Positions 19,460 to 29,768 of a DNA stretch of 64,000 bases are shown here, one piece after another (within the stretch, counting starts at the first letter, position 1; every line of letters begins with the position of its first letter). The DNA is from Candidatus Wirthbacteria bacterium. GTDB lineage: Bacteria; Patescibacteriota; CG2-30-54-11. Position numbers and translations under genes: made by a program. Below the pieces are notes generated by a model, which made no database searches, had not been told where the DNA came from, and saw only the letters and a program-made list of their open reading frames with translations. The stretch lies in the NCBI GenBank assembly GCA_903889905.1, contig CAISZI010000058.1:6160-70159 (forward strand), written 5' to 3'.

Positions 19460-19960
19460 TTATTTGAAGCGTTTTAGCAAGCTAGAGAATGCCAAAGTAA
19501 TAGGAAAAGGGATGATCAGCCACATGCGCTTGGATGTCAACAAATTCACCACTCGGGCTTTGTTCAAAATCGTGGCCTGATCTGCAGCACCCATGTAACC
19601 AATCACCACCACAAACAGGATAGCACCAGCCACAGCGCCCCACACAGCCCCCTGGATGCTCTCCATGAGTGGATTGTCCCCATCATCGGCTGGTGAAATA
19701 TGTCGGCCTTCGATAAACAACAAAAAGGCAATAAAACAAAAAATGGCCGTTTTGACAATAAATTGTGACCAGGTAATACCGCCCACTTCGCTTTTATTCA
19801 AAAAGCGGTACATCTCGAGCCCGACTTCATTGGTGACGGCTAACGCAATGTAAATACCAATGAGCAACGGAAAGATTTTGGATTTACGCATGACAAACCC
19901 AACCAGGCAGAAAACGACTATCACAAAGATGAGCATCGAGTCCCAGCTGGGTGTAAACAT
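19460..19960 (-). CDS. Hypothetical multi-TM protein (weakly CvpA-like)
   Basis: 4-5 hydrophobic segments, GAVWGAVAG motif. Confidence 0.65.
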   Translation of the reverse strand: MFTPSWDSMLIFVIVVFCLVGFVMRKSKIFPLLIGIYIALAVTNEVGLEMYRFLNKSEVGGITWSQFIVKTAIFCFIAFLLFIEGRHISPADDGDNPLMESIQGAVWGAVAGAILFVVVIGYMGAADQATILNKARVVNLLTSKRMWLIIPFPITLAFSSLLKRFK

Positions 19961-20033
19961 ACGTTTTCGCTTTTAATATTTGATTTGCTCTTCGTCAATA
20001 CTACAACGCGCTCACGACTAAGGCAAGAAACAA

Positions 20034-21158
20034 CTAGAGGCCCAGGCCATCCTTGATTTTGTCCATAATACCATCGGCATGAACTTTCAGATCAAGACCA
20101 CGGGCGCGTGCAATTTTGACAAGCAGATCACGCTCTTCGGGCGAAATCTTTTTGGGAATGTCGACTTCGATTTGGACGAGCTGATCACCGACTTTCGTGC
20201 CCTTGATGGATGGCACACCTTTGCTGCTGAGACGAAAAACTTTGGTCGCAGGAGTGCCTGCCGGAATTTTCAATGCTTCATCACCATAAACAGTCGGCAC
20301 CGTAATTGTATCGCCCAGGGTAAGCTGGATGTAGTCCACTTTGAGTCGGTAGTAGATATCCAGGCCATTACGTTCAAAAATGGGATCGGCTTTGACTCGA
20401 AATTGCACATACAAATCGCCCGTTGGTCCTCCCTGATCACCGGCTTCACCTTCGCCGCTGAGACGCATGCGACTGCCCTCATCCACGCCAGGTGGAATAT
20501 GGATTTTGAGCTTGGTGGAGACTTCTTCCCTGCCACGACCACCACAACGTGTACAAGCTTTGGTATAGGTCTTGCCACGGCCATGACACGTAGGACAGAC
20601 GTGTACCTGCATCATCTGGCCAAACAGGGACTGCTGCATGCGCCGCACTTCACCGCTGCCCTGGCAGGTGGCACAAGATGAAGTTTTGGCCTCCGGATCG
20701 CCGCCGCTGCCCTGGCAATGGGTGCATGTCTGGACACGGTTAAACGTGATCTGTTTTTCACCACCAAAAATCGCTTCTTTGAATTCCAGTGTCAGCGTGT
20801 ATTCCAAATCATTGCCGCGCGTGGCCCGGGAGCGAGAAGATGAACCGCCCCGGTTGCCGCCAAAAAACATATCAAAGATATCGCCAAATCCTTCGCCGCT
20901 GAAGTCAAATCCGCCTGCGTTCTGTCCAAACCCACCCTGGGGATTTACACCGGCATGGCCAAATTGATCATATGTGGAGCGTTTCTGGGGATCAGAAAGT
21001 ACTTCATAGGCTTCGCCAATTTCTTTGAATTTTTCGTGATCACCGCCGGATTTGTCGGGATGGTGTTGCAGCGCCAGCGCGCGGAATGCTTTTTTGATTT
21101 CCGCCGCCGATGCATTACGTGACACCCCCAAGATTTCGTAATAATCCCGTTTAGCCAT
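20034..21158 (-). CDS. dnaJ: Chaperone DnaJ
   Basis: J domain ([11 protein letters not shown]), G/F region, four CxxCxGxG repeats. Confidence 0.97.
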   Translation of the reverse strand: MAKRDYYEILGVSRNASAAEIKKAFRALALQHHPDKSGGDHEKFKEIGEAYEVLSDPQKRSTYDQFGHAGVNPQGGFGQNAGGFDFSGEGFGDIFDMFFGGNRGGSSSRSRATRGNDLEYTLTLEFKEAIFGGEKQITFNRVQTCTHCQGSGGDPEAKTSSCATCQGSGEVRRMQQSLFGQMMQVHVCPTCHGRGKTYTKACTRCGGRGREEVSTKLKIHIPPGVDEGSRMRLSGEGEAGDQGGPTGDLYVQFRVKADPIFERNGLDIYYRLKVDYIQLTLGDTITVPTVYGDEALKIPAGTPATKVFRLSSKGVPSIKGTKVGDQLVQIEVDIPKKISPEERDLLVKIARARGLDLKVHADGIMDKIKDGLGL

Positions 21159-21178
21159 AGCGCACAAAACCTTTTTGC

Positions 21179-21922
21179 CTATTTACCAAAACGCCGCTGC
21201 CGCTGCTGGTATTCAGAAACTGCCATCAGGAAATCGGTTTCGGTAAAGTCAGGAAATAATTTGTCGGAAAAAAACCATTCACTGTAATCCGAATGCCAAA
21301 GCAAAAAACCACTCGTGCGGCATTCCCCACCGGTGCGGATAACCAGGTCTGGATCTGGGGTGCTAAAGTACATTTTTTGGGTAAGCAGTGCCGCGTCGAT
21401 ATTCTCCAGGGTAATTTTGCCGGCTTTTACCTCGGCAGCAATTTCACGTACCGAATCGACGATTTCCTGTTGCCCGCCATAGGCGATACAACCCTGCAAA
21501 CGCATGGCAGTACAGCCCTTGGTCTTGTCTTCGAGCTCATGTGCCAGATTCTGAATATCTGCTGGCATCCAGTCAATGCGGCCAATGGCTTTAAATTCGA
21601 TATTATTGTTGACCAAAAAATCATTTTTGAGATAGCGGCTCAAATATTCCCGAAACAGATCCATGATAAAACTTTTTTGATCGTCATCCCGGTTAAAATT
21701 CTCGGTTGACCACGCCCACAGGCTGAGTACTTTGATGCCCAATCCCATTGCCCAGTGGCAAAGATCATCGGCCTGCTCCGCCCCTGAACTGTAACCTTTC
21801 AACAAAGACAGCATGTGTTTCTGGGCCCAACGACGGTTGCCGTCCATGATTACCCCCACATGCTGCGGAATACGTTCGCGGCTATTGATAATGTCATTTT
21901 TTAACTGCGCTATTTCGCTCAT
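21179..21922 (-). CDS. uppS: Isoprenyl transferase (undecaprenyl diphosphate synthase)
   Basis: [48 protein letters not shown]. Confidence 0.95.
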   Translation of the reverse strand: MSEIAQLKNDIINSRERIPQHVGVIMDGNRRWAQKHMLSLLKGYSSGAEQADDLCHWAMGLGIKVLSLWAWSTENFNRDDDQKSFIMDLFREYLSRYLKNDFLVNNNIEFKAIGRIDWMPADIQNLAHELEDKTKGCTAMRLQGCIAYGGQQEIVDSVREIAAEVKAGKITLENIDAALLTQKMYFSTPDPDLVIRTGGECRTSGFLLWHSDYSEWFFSDKLFPDFTETDFLMAVSEYQQRQRRFGK

Positions 21923-21960
21923 GAAATGTACCACCTTCGGTTACAAAACAAACCCATAGT

Positions 21961-22491
21961 CTACTTTGCGTCAGTGGTTTCTTCCGTTTTGGTTTTACTT
22001 TTCGTTTTCTTGGCTTTTTTGTGTGTTTCGTCCTTGACGATGGTTTCGCCTTCAACTGTCACTTTGATGCTGCCGGTGATGCCATGTCCGAATTCAACCT
22101 TGACGACGTAATCACCCACAGTCTTGATGGCGGATTCGATGACAATGCTTTCTTTGAGCACTTCAATCTTGGCCTGGTCCAGAAGTGCGTCGGCAACCTG
22201 CGCCGTGGTGATGGAACCATACAATTTACCGTTTTCACCAACTTTGGCAAAAACCTTGACCCCAACCTGGGAGAGCTGGGTGGCAGCAGTCTGCAAATCA
22301 GCGATGAATTTCTGTTCACGTTTTTCGTGGGCAACAACTTGTTCCCTCACCATTTTTTCCATGGCAGGCGTGGCAAACACAGCCAACGACTGGGGAAACA
22401 GAAAATTGCGGGCAAATCCGTCTTTGACGTTTTTGAGTTCTCCCCGTTTGCCGATTTTGGGGACATCCTGCTGCAGAATAACTTTGATCAT
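21961..22491 (-). CDS. rplI: 50S ribosomal protein L9 (Lys-rich C-terminal tail)
   Basis: [36 protein letters not shown]; GGAG RBS. Confidence 0.95.
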   Translation of the reverse strand: MIKVILQQDVPKIGKRGELKNVKDGFARNFLFPQSLAVFATPAMEKMVREQVVAHEKREQKFIADLQTAATQLSQVGVKVFAKVGENGKLYGSITTAQVADALLDQAKIEVLKESIVIESAIKTVGDYVVKVEFGHGITGSIKVTVEGETIVKDETHKKAKKTKSKTKTEETTDAK

Positions 22492-22624
22492 CAAAACTCC
22501 TTTGAACCGTTTATAAACTTTAGATACTTTCCCTCACTGACTGATGATCTGCCAAAAGGAATCAATCAAACTAACTTCCTTTTTGATGGTCTGCCAACCG
22601 TAGCTCATGCTGCTGAGCGAAGGT

Positions 22625-22711
22625 TGGTACCGAGGGAGGGACTTGAACCCTCACTGAGTTTCCCCAACGGGATTTTGAGTCCCGCGCGTCTACCAGTTCC
22701 GCCACCTCGGC
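22625..22711 (-). tRNA. tRNA-Leu (CAA)
   Basis: GCCGAGGTGGCGGAACTGGTAGACGCGCGGGACTCAAAATCCCG...GGTTCAAGTCCCTCCCTCGGTACCA; long variable arm. Confidence 0.95.
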
Positions 22712-22753
22712 AAAGCTGCGCCTGCTACGCACAGGCACAGACAAGCAAACATT

Positions 22754-23461
22754 TTATGATTTTTCGCCAACTAACGCAAATACTTTTTTAGACAGCTTGA
22801 TTCCGGCCTTGGCAGATTGTGCCGCAAAGCCTCTCGCCACGGCCTGAATCGCCACATACGAGACAGTGATACCAACCCCGAGGAGCAAACGTTCGGCAGC
22901 GACAACCGGGATCAATGACTTCCAATAACCGGCTGTAAAGCCAAAGGCATACAAAAATGCAACCCCACCCACCGCATGCTGGGTAAACGTGGCGCCCAGC
23001 GCGGAGAGAAAGACGTTTTTACGACCCAGCAAGGTAGTAAACAACGGAATCAACCAGTAAAGACTGTAATACCACGCTTGTCGACCGATTGGATGAGCGA
23101 TGAAAAGTACCATGCACACCAAACCGATGATCGGCGAAGCCTTGCTGCGACGGCCAAAATACCAGGCAGCAAACAACACCGGAAAAAGGCGGATAATCGG
23201 TACGATAGAGAAACTGCCATGCAGTACGAAATTGATCAGGTTGACGGCGAGAACAGAGGTCAGCCCGATCGTCATTCCCCACAAAGCAGCAAAGGTCGGT
23301 GCGATGAAATCAAACAAGGTAAAATTGGAGCCCGTCCCCAGGATATGGGTAAACGGAATCTGCAGTGAGACAACACCTACCAGCAGAGACAGACCAAATG
23401 GAAGCAGATTTTTCTGCAGTCCGCGACGCGCTGCAAAACCCTTCTTGAGCAGGTTTTCCAT
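22754..23461 (-). CDS. Multi-TM membrane protein (possible ECF S-component-like)
   Basis: About 6 TM helices, about 235 aa; last protein gene of the dut-dcd run. Confidence 0.65.
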   Translation of the reverse strand: MENLLKKGFAARRGLQKNLLPFGLSLLVGVVSLQIPFTHILGTGSNFTLFDFIAPTFAALWGMTIGLTSVLAVNLINFVLHGSFSIVPIIRLFPVLFAAWYFGRRSKASPIIGLVCMVLFIAHPIGRQAWYYSLYWLIPLFTTLLGRKNVFLSALGATFTQHAVGGVAFLYAFGFTAGYWKSLIPVVAAERLLLGVGITVSYVAIQAVARGFAAQSAKAGIKLSKKVFALVGEKS

Positions 23462-23482
23462 GATCACCCAGCCACTAAAAAA

Positions 23483-24031
23483 TTAATTCTTGCCTTCGGT
23501 TGCCCCGGTCTGCCCCTGGTAACGGCTACCGAGACTTTTGTCCCCATAACCAATCGAGGCCGGCTCGGTGAGCATCAAAAATGAAATCTGGCAAATAGCC
23601 ATATTATAATACAGCTTGACCGGCAGTTTGCCAACGTTACTCAACTCCAACGTGAGTTGACCATCCCAGCCCGGATTGACATGCCCAGCCGTCGCATGCA
23701 CGATCACGCCTACGCGCCCCAGCGAACTTTTGCCATCGAGGCGACCAACCAGATCGAGTGGAATTTTGACTCGTTCCAGCGTCGTTCCCAACGTGAAGTT
23801 GCCGGGATGAAGAATGAAACATTTGCCTTCTTCCAGCACGATTTCCCGTGTGTAGACCGTGATTTTGTCCAGCGGATCAATGCAGGTTTCACGCGAATAC
23901 TCAAACACCCTGAAACTATTGCCTAAGTGCAAATCAATGCTGGCCGGCTGCATGGCACCAGCCATCAGCGGGTCAATCCCCAGGTCACCCTGCTTTAACC
24001 GTTTATGCATGGTCGTGTCACTTAATATCAT
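23483..24031 (-). CDS. dcd: dCTP deaminase
   Basis: ILSD, QPASIDLHLG, GKSSLGRVG, HATAG..PGWDGQLTLE, ICQ, YQGQ. Confidence 0.95.
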   Translation of the reverse strand: MILSDTTMHKRLKQGDLGIDPLMAGAMQPASIDLHLGNSFRVFEYSRETCIDPLDKITVYTREIVLEEGKCFILHPGNFTLGTTLERVKIPLDLVGRLDGKSSLGRVGVIVHATAGHVNPGWDGQLTLELSNVGKLPVKLYYNMAICQISFLMLTEPASIGYGDKSLGSRYQGQTGATEGKN

Positions 24032-24049
24032 GCTCACTCTCCCAAAAAA

Positions 24050-24478
24050 TTAATGAGTCCCGGTACTGCCAAAACCGCCTGTGCCGCGTTCGCTGCCGGC
24101 AAGCTCATCGACAACGGTAACGGTTGGTGAAAGATAAGGAGTCAAAATAACTTGTGCGATCTTTTCACCTTTTTCGATTTGTGCCATTTCCTGGCCAACG
24201 TTGAGCAAGACAATTTTCCATTCGCCACGGTAGCCACTGTCAATCACGCCAGAAAGTTTGGTCAGGCCTTTTTTGGTGGCCACGGAACTGCGGTCCCAGA
24301 CCAAGGCAACATAGCCGGCAGGAAATTCTGAACTTATCCCAGTGCTCACGGCTTTGCGCTCACCGGGCGCAATCGTGACCGTTTCATAAGCAAAAACGTC
24401 GAGTCCAGCGTCGCCGGGTTTGGCATAGCTGGGGATTTTGGCATCGGCAAAAAGTGGTTTTATTTTGAGCTCAATCAT
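24050..24478 (-). CDS. dut: dUTP diphosphatase
   Basis: AGLD, RSS, GVIDSGYRGE, IAQ, RGTGGFGSTG. Confidence 0.96.
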   Translation of the reverse strand: MIELKIKPLFADAKIPSYAKPGDAGLDVFAYETVTIAPGERKAVSTGISSEFPAGYVALVWDRSSVATKKGLTKLSGVIDSGYRGEWKIVLLNVGQEMAQIEKGEKIAQVILTPYLSPTVTVVDELAGSERGTGGFGSTGTH

Positions 24479-24576
24479 ACAGTCTATCATTAATGGCTTA
24501 AGCTATGTCGAAATTTACTAAACAAGCGCCATGATAGTATACTTCGCCTGCCAACTCAATCATTATCCGGACGCCC

Positions 24577-26745
24577 ATGCTCGCTGAAATCGCCGTTGCC
24601 ACCTTTACCCAGAAATACCGGGAGCTATATACCTATCAAGTTCCGATCGAGATGGAAAGCAGCCTCCAGATTGGCATGGGGGTACTTGTCCGCTTCGGAC
24701 CACGTGTGCTCGACGGCATTGTCTTCAAACTGAATCATGAAACAAGTACGCGCAAACTCAATCCCATCCTGCGCCTCGTCAAACCTCAGCCGGTATTGTC
24801 CTCATGGCAAATCGCCCTGGTCGACTTTATCAGTTCCTACTATGCCGCCTCGCTGCACGCCGCCATCCAGACGGTCAGTCCCTTTGCGTTCAAGGATTTG
24901 CCGACCCCCAAACCCGAACGCGTCATCAGTTTCAAAGCGGCGGCCACGCCCGACAATAAACTCGGCCCCAAAGCCAAACAATTGCTGGAACTGCTCGCGC
25001 GACTTCAGTCAATCCCCTACCATGAACTCACTCAAACCCATGCCTTTGGCGCTGCTACGATCAAAAGCCTGGTCACCGCCGGACTGGCTGCCGCAAGCGA
25101 ACAACTCTCAACCAGAGCAAAGCTAACACTGCCTGCAGCGGAACCACCCTTTGTGCTCACCGCGGGCCAGCAACAGATTTTTGACCAGATCAAAGTGGAT
25201 ATGCAGCGTCAACCTTCCAAATTCCTGCTGATGGGCGTCACCAACAGTGGCAAGACCGAAATTTACCTGCAAACCATCGCCACGCTCATCCAACAAGGCG
25301 GTTCTGCCATCATGCTGGTCCCGGAAATCGCACTGACGCCCCAAACCGTGGGTCGCTTTGAGCGCAGATTCCCCGGTCAGGTCGCGCTCTGGCACAGCCT
25401 GCTAACCCCCACCCAACGAGCCAGGACCTACCGCCAGATACAAAACGGTGAAATCAAGGTCGTGATCGGTTCCCGCAGCGCTTTGTTCTCACCACTTCCA
25501 GACCTCAAACTGATCGTCATTGACGAAGAGCACGAAATCAGTTACAAACAGGAACAAAATCCACGCTATCACGCCCGACTGGTGGCCGAAAAAATCAGTT
25601 CCCTGCGAGGTGCCAGCTTGATCCTGGGAAGCGCGACACCCGCTGTCGAAAGTTACGCCAAGGCCCAAAATGGTGAATATACGTTGCTGGAATTACCCCT
25701 GACCATTAATCAACAAACGATCGCCTCTACCGTCTCAACCGTGGATCTGCGCGATGAGCTCATGGCCAATAATCGCACCACACTTTCCAAAGCACTGCAA
25801 ACCGCGATTGCGGACAATTTGTCCAAGGGGGAACAAACCATTTTGTTTTTGAACCGTCGTGGCAAATCAACCTGTGTCCTCTGCCGCGAATGTGGATTTG
25901 TCTACAAATGCCCGCACTGCGACCTGCCCCTCACCCTGCACGCCGACGGCAACCATGCCGAACTGATTTGCCATCACTGTGGTTTTAAACAGCAGCCGGA
26001 TTCTGCCTGCCCACGCTGCGGCGGTAACAAAATCCGCTACCTTGGCGCTGGCACGCAGAAAGTTGTCGAGGATCTGGCCAGACAGTTTCCCTCCGCTCGT
26101 GTGATGCGACTGGATGCAGATTCGATCAATGCCGAATTTACATACGACCAAGTCTATGCCCAGCTTTTGCATCACGAAGTGGACATTGTCATTGGCACTC
26201 AAGTGATTGCCAAAGGCTGGGATTTGCCCAAAGTCAGCCTGGTGGGGGTGCTGCTTGCCGACCAAAGCCTGTATTTCCCGGATTTCAGTGCCGGCGAACG
26301 CACTTACGCGCTCCTCACCCAGGTCATTGGCCGTGCCGGCCGTGGCGATCTGCCCGGACGCGTCATTATCCAGACGTACAACCCCGAAGATGTCTATCTG
26401 CAGTTGACGCTCAAACGCAATCCCGTGGAATTTTACCAGTTTGAACTGGCGCAACGCGCCAAACATGGTTTCCCGCCATTTAGTCATATCATCAAGCTGG
26501 AAAAAGCCTTCCCGACCTATACCAAAGGCCAAACCGAAGCGACACAGCTGGCAACAAAACTAAAAACTGCGATCGCAGCCATACCGGTTAAAATGGATGT
26601 GCTTGGCCCCATGCCGTCATTCATCCAAAAACGACAGGCCGAATACTACTGGCAAATCGTGCTCCAGGGCGACAATTTTGCACCACTGATGGCTCAACTC
26701 CCGGTGGAATGGAGCATCGACGTTGACCCGCTCGACTTGCTCTAG
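24577..26745 (+). CDS. priA: Primosomal protein N'
   Basis: GVTNSGKTE, VPEIALTPQ, IDEEHE, LGSATP, NRRG, paired CxxC Zn motifs, GRAGR. Confidence 0.96.
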   Translation: MLAEIAVATFTQKYRELYTYQVPIEMESSLQIGMGVLVRFGPRVLDGIVFKLNHETSTRKLNPILRLVKPQPVLSSWQIALVDFISSYYAASLHAAIQTVSPFAFKDLPTPKPERVISFKAAATPDNKLGPKAKQLLELLARLQSIPYHELTQTHAFGAATIKSLVTAGLAAASEQLSTRAKLTLPAAEPPFVLTAGQQQIFDQIKVDMQRQPSKFLLMGVTNSGKTEIYLQTIATLIQQGGSAIMLVPEIALTPQTVGRFERRFPGQVALWHSLLTPTQRARTYRQIQNGEIKVVIGSRSALFSPLPDLKLIVIDEEHEISYKQEQNPRYHARLVAEKISSLRGASLILGSATPAVESYAKAQNGEYTLLELPLTINQQTIASTVSTVDLRDELMANNRTTLSKALQTAIADNLSKGEQTILFLNRRGKSTCVLCRECGFVYKCPHCDLPLTLHADGNHAELICHHCGFKQQPDSACPRCGGNKIRYLGAGTQKVVEDLARQFPSARVMRLDADSINAEFTYDQVYAQLLHHEVDIVIGTQVIAKGWDLPKVSLVGVLLADQSLYFPDFSAGERTYALLTQVIGRAGRGDLPGRVIIQTYNPEDVYLQLTLKRNPVEFYQFELAQRAKHGFPPFSHIIKLEKAFPTYTKGQTEATQLATKLKTAIAAIPVKMDVLGPMPSFIQKRQAEYYWQIVLQGDNFAPLMAQLPVEWSIDVDPLDLL

Positions 26746-26801
26746 ATGGGTGAAACCCGTAGAATACATACACGACCAATCATTCAACAGTAGAAATATT
26801 T

Positions 26802-27332
26802 ATGGCTATTCTACCCGTTCTGACGCAGGAAGATGAAATTTTACGCAAGCAGTGCGAGCCGATTACGACCATTACTCCGGCCATCCGTAAACTCGCCAAG
26901 GATATGGTGGGAACCATGCGCGCAGCCAAAGGCGTTGGTCTTGCTGCCCCGCAAATTGGCCAGGCGATTCAGCTGATCGTGCTCGAAAGCCCGCCCGCCG
27001 AAGACGATGACGACAATCCCGAATTTCCCCTGCAAGTCGTTGTCAATCCCAGCTTCTCCGCCGAATCCACCAAACAAATCGAAGGCATGGAAGGCTGCCT
27101 CTCTATACCGCAATGGTACGGCCCGGTGATGCGCTACCAAAAAATCCGCGTCAGTGGCCTCAATCTGGATGGCAAACCTTATGAAAAAGTCGTTGATGGT
27201 TTCATGTCCAGGGTTTTCCAACACGAAATCGACCACCTGCGCGGCGTGCTGTTCACCGACTACATTGACGATCCGACCAAATTACGCAAAATCATCCCCG
27301 GCAAGGAGCCCGATGAAGACTACCTGGATTAA
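26802..27332 (+). CDS. def: Peptide deformylase
   Basis: GVGLAAPQIG, EGCLS, QHEIDHL. Confidence 0.96.
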   Translation: MAILPVLTQEDEILRKQCEPITTITPAIRKLAKDMVGTMRAAKGVGLAAPQIGQAIQLIVLESPPAEDDDDNPEFPLQVVVNPSFSAESTKQIEGMEGCLSIPQWYGPVMRYQKIRVSGLNLDGKPYEKVVDGFMSRVFQHEIDHLRGVLFTDYIDDPTKLRKIIPGKEPDEDYLD

Positions 27333-27732
27333 ACAGGCCAAAACGGATTTGGATTTGCACCCTGATTTTGCCTCACTGCTCAAACTGGCACATTTTCTGC
27401 GTTCTGACCAAGGCTGCCCCTGGGATCGCAAACAGACGCTTGCCAGTACAGCCAAAGATGTAAGCGAAGAAGCCACGGAGATCCAGGCTGCAGTGGAAAA
27501 CAAAGACAATGCCAACCTCCAGGAAGAAATCGGCGACGTCCTGTTTACACTGGCCCAACTTATTGCCCAGGCCGAAGCACAAAACCTGTTTGCTGCCAGT
27601 GCCGTCATGGACGGCGTCCTGACCAAAATGATCAGCCGTCACACGTGGGTATTTGGGGATGACAAAGCATCCACCGAGGATGAAGCACTCAGACAGTGGA
27701 ACAAAAACAAACAAATGGAACAAAAGTCCTGA
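27313..27732 (+). CDS. Single-domain MazG-like NTP pyrophosphohydrolase
   Basis: LRSDQGCPWDRKQT, EEATE, EEIGDVL, KMISRH.WVFGD; AGGAG RBS before the ATG at 27313. Confidence 0.88.
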   Translation: MKTTWIKQAKTDLDLHPDFASLLKLAHFLRSDQGCPWDRKQTLASTAKDVSEEATEIQAAVENKDNANLQEEIGDVLFTLAQLIAQAEAQNLFAASAVMDGVLTKMISRHTWVFGDDKASTEDEALRQWNKNKQMEQKS

Positions 27733-27792
27733 TTTTTTCAAAAATTTGGCTTTCCGTTTGGCCCTTAGAATTTAATTATTAGATATTACCGT

Positions 27793-28758
27793 ATGCCCAT
27801 CAACATTCTTTTCTGTGGTTCCGGCGAATTCTGCATCAAACCTTTCATGGCTTTGCGTGCCATGTGTTCGCAGTCCGAAAGCTGCCACATTGCCGCCATC
27901 CTCAGCCAGGCAGCTAAACCCGCCGGCCGTGGCCAACAACTGCTGGAACCTCCTCTGTTGCAACATTTTCAAACCTCGGGCAATCCGGAAAACATACGCA
28001 TCTTCCAACCCGCCAAGCTTAGCCAGGGGGCAAATGAAATCATGACAGCGATCAATCCTGATTTGATCGTGGTGGTGGATTATGGTGAATTTATTCCGGA
28101 CCTGATGTTGCAACAACCTCGTTTTGGCGCCATCAATATTCATCCTTCGCTGCTGCCACGCTGGCGTGGCGCCATCCCTATTCAGGCAACCATTTTGGCT
28201 GGCGACAGCATGACCGGCGTCACCATTCAACAAATGGCCGCCAAAATGGATGCCGGGCCGATCTTGCGTCAGCAATCCCTGGAGATATCCCCCACGGCAA
28301 CAGCCTTTAGGTTGAGTGCGGAACTCTCCACCCTGGCGGCCACCATGTTGCCCGACACGATTAACGCCATGCTGGCTGGCGCAACCGATCCCCAGACGCA
28401 AAACGAAACCTTGGCTACCTATTGCTACCAGGACGACCTGACCAAGGACAAAGCCCACATCAACTGGGACGCACCCACCCTACAAATCCTCAACCAGATT
28501 CGCGCTTATATCCCCTACCCCATTGCCTGGAGTCTATTTCGCGGCAGTCGTTTGCTCATCCACCAGGCCTCAGCCTCAACTCAAGCAAGCGGTCCTGAGC
28601 TGCCTGGCGAACTTGTCCACGCGAACAACCAAGTCTTCGTGCGCGCCCAGGATGGCTGGCTGCAACTGCAAATCGTGCAAATGGCCGGCAAAAAACAAAT
28701 AAGCGGTCAACAATTTGTTGCCGGTTACCAGCTGCAAGCCAAAGAATTTTTGAGTTAA
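27793..28758 (+). CDS. fmt: Methionyl-tRNA formyltransferase
   Basis: INIHPSLLPRWRGAIP, MDAGPI, INW, IRA. Confidence 0.95.
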   Translation: MPINILFCGSGEFCIKPFMALRAMCSQSESCHIAAILSQAAKPAGRGQQLLEPPLLQHFQTSGNPENIRIFQPAKLSQGANEIMTAINPDLIVVVDYGEFIPDLMLQQPRFGAINIHPSLLPRWRGAIPIQATILAGDSMTGVTIQQMAAKMDAGPILRQQSLEISPTATAFRLSAELSTLAATMLPDTINAMLAGATDPQTQNETLATYCYQDDLTKDKAHINWDAPTLQILNQIRAYIPYPIAWSLFRGSRLLIHQASASTQASGPELPGELVHANNQVFVRAQDGWLQLQIVQMAGKKQISGQQFVAGYQLQAKEFLS

Positions 28759-29747
28759 CGGTGCAGCATCCTGCGGACAATCACTTCCAGGCGATAGCGA
28801 TGCACCAGAAAACGCAGTCCCAAAAACACCACAAAAAAGATAACAGTTAGAGCGCTCAGCAAGCGCCACGGGAATACCCAAAAAGTATCTTCCGCCACCA
28901 AAGCCGTTTGCCTGGCGCCATACCACATCGTCAGCTTGGCATGGTACATACCAAAAGCCAAAGGTTGACTCATGGGGATTTTAAATCCTGCAACATTGAC
29001 CAGATTGGTACGGCTGCCTAAACCCAGCACAAATTTACGGACACTTTTGGGCAGGACATACCCTTCACCGCTGATCGGTACAGATTGCACCAATGTACCG
29101 AATTCATTAAAAATTTCTAGCACTCCATCAGGTGCCAAATGTGTATTACCCGTATTATTCAGTCGCAAGGTAAATTGCCAGGGTGCTGTTTCATAAATAT
29201 CCTGCTGACCATAAAACTCAGCCACTGCCATTTTCTCGTTGAGCTGGCCACTGACCGTAACCAGGAAAATGGAGGCCACCTGCAAATTGATTTGACTCCC
29301 CTGGAGCCCGGAAGCAGCGTCCCGCGGCGCATTCGCAAACATCACTGCCCCATAGTGCCCGCCCGGCGCAGCATTTGCCGGCACCCGAATTGTTACTGGA
29401 ACGCTGATAAAAACGTTGGGTTGAGCCACCTGACTGTTTTGCGAAAGTTCCATCCACCGGCTCAAGGATCCAGGATCATCGGACTTGGGCAGATAAAATT
29501 TCGGCGCACCAGCCTCATCACCCGTAGCTGTAAAATCCATGGCTTTGGCTGATACCTGAATGGGTGAGGACACATCAAAGGCAATCTTAATCACGCCTGA
29601 CCAGATTTGCCCTGGTTCAAGATGCAGCTCTGTTTTGGACGGTTCCACATCCACGCCGCGCCGATTTTCCTGCGCACAGGCAACCTGAGGAAGCCAAAGG
29701 CAAAGGCTCAACGTAACTGGCAAACCCCACTTTAGAAGACGCGGCAT
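28755..29747 (-). CDS. DUF916/WxL-interacting-like secreted protein with C-terminal TM
   Basis: Signal peptide; IRVPANAAPGGHYGAV, LNNTGNTHLAPDG, VLPKSVRKF, FWVFPW plus TM. Confidence 0.75.
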   Translation of the reverse strand: MPRLLKWGLPVTLSLCLWLPQVACAQENRRGVDVEPSKTELHLEPGQIWSGVIKIAFDVSSPIQVSAKAMDFTATGDEAGAPKFYLPKSDDPGSLSRWMELSQNSQVAQPNVFISVPVTIRVPANAAPGGHYGAVMFANAPRDAASGLQGSQINLQVASIFLVTVSGQLNEKMAVAEFYGQQDIYETAPWQFTLRLNNTGNTHLAPDGVLEIFNEFGTLVQSVPISGEGYVLPKSVRKFVLGLGSRTNLVNVAGFKIPMSQPLAFGMYHAKLTMWYGARQTALVAEDTFWVFPWRLLSALTVIFFVVFLGLRFLVHRYRLEVIVRRMLHR

Positions 29748-29768
29748 AGCAAACTCACAAAAACGATA

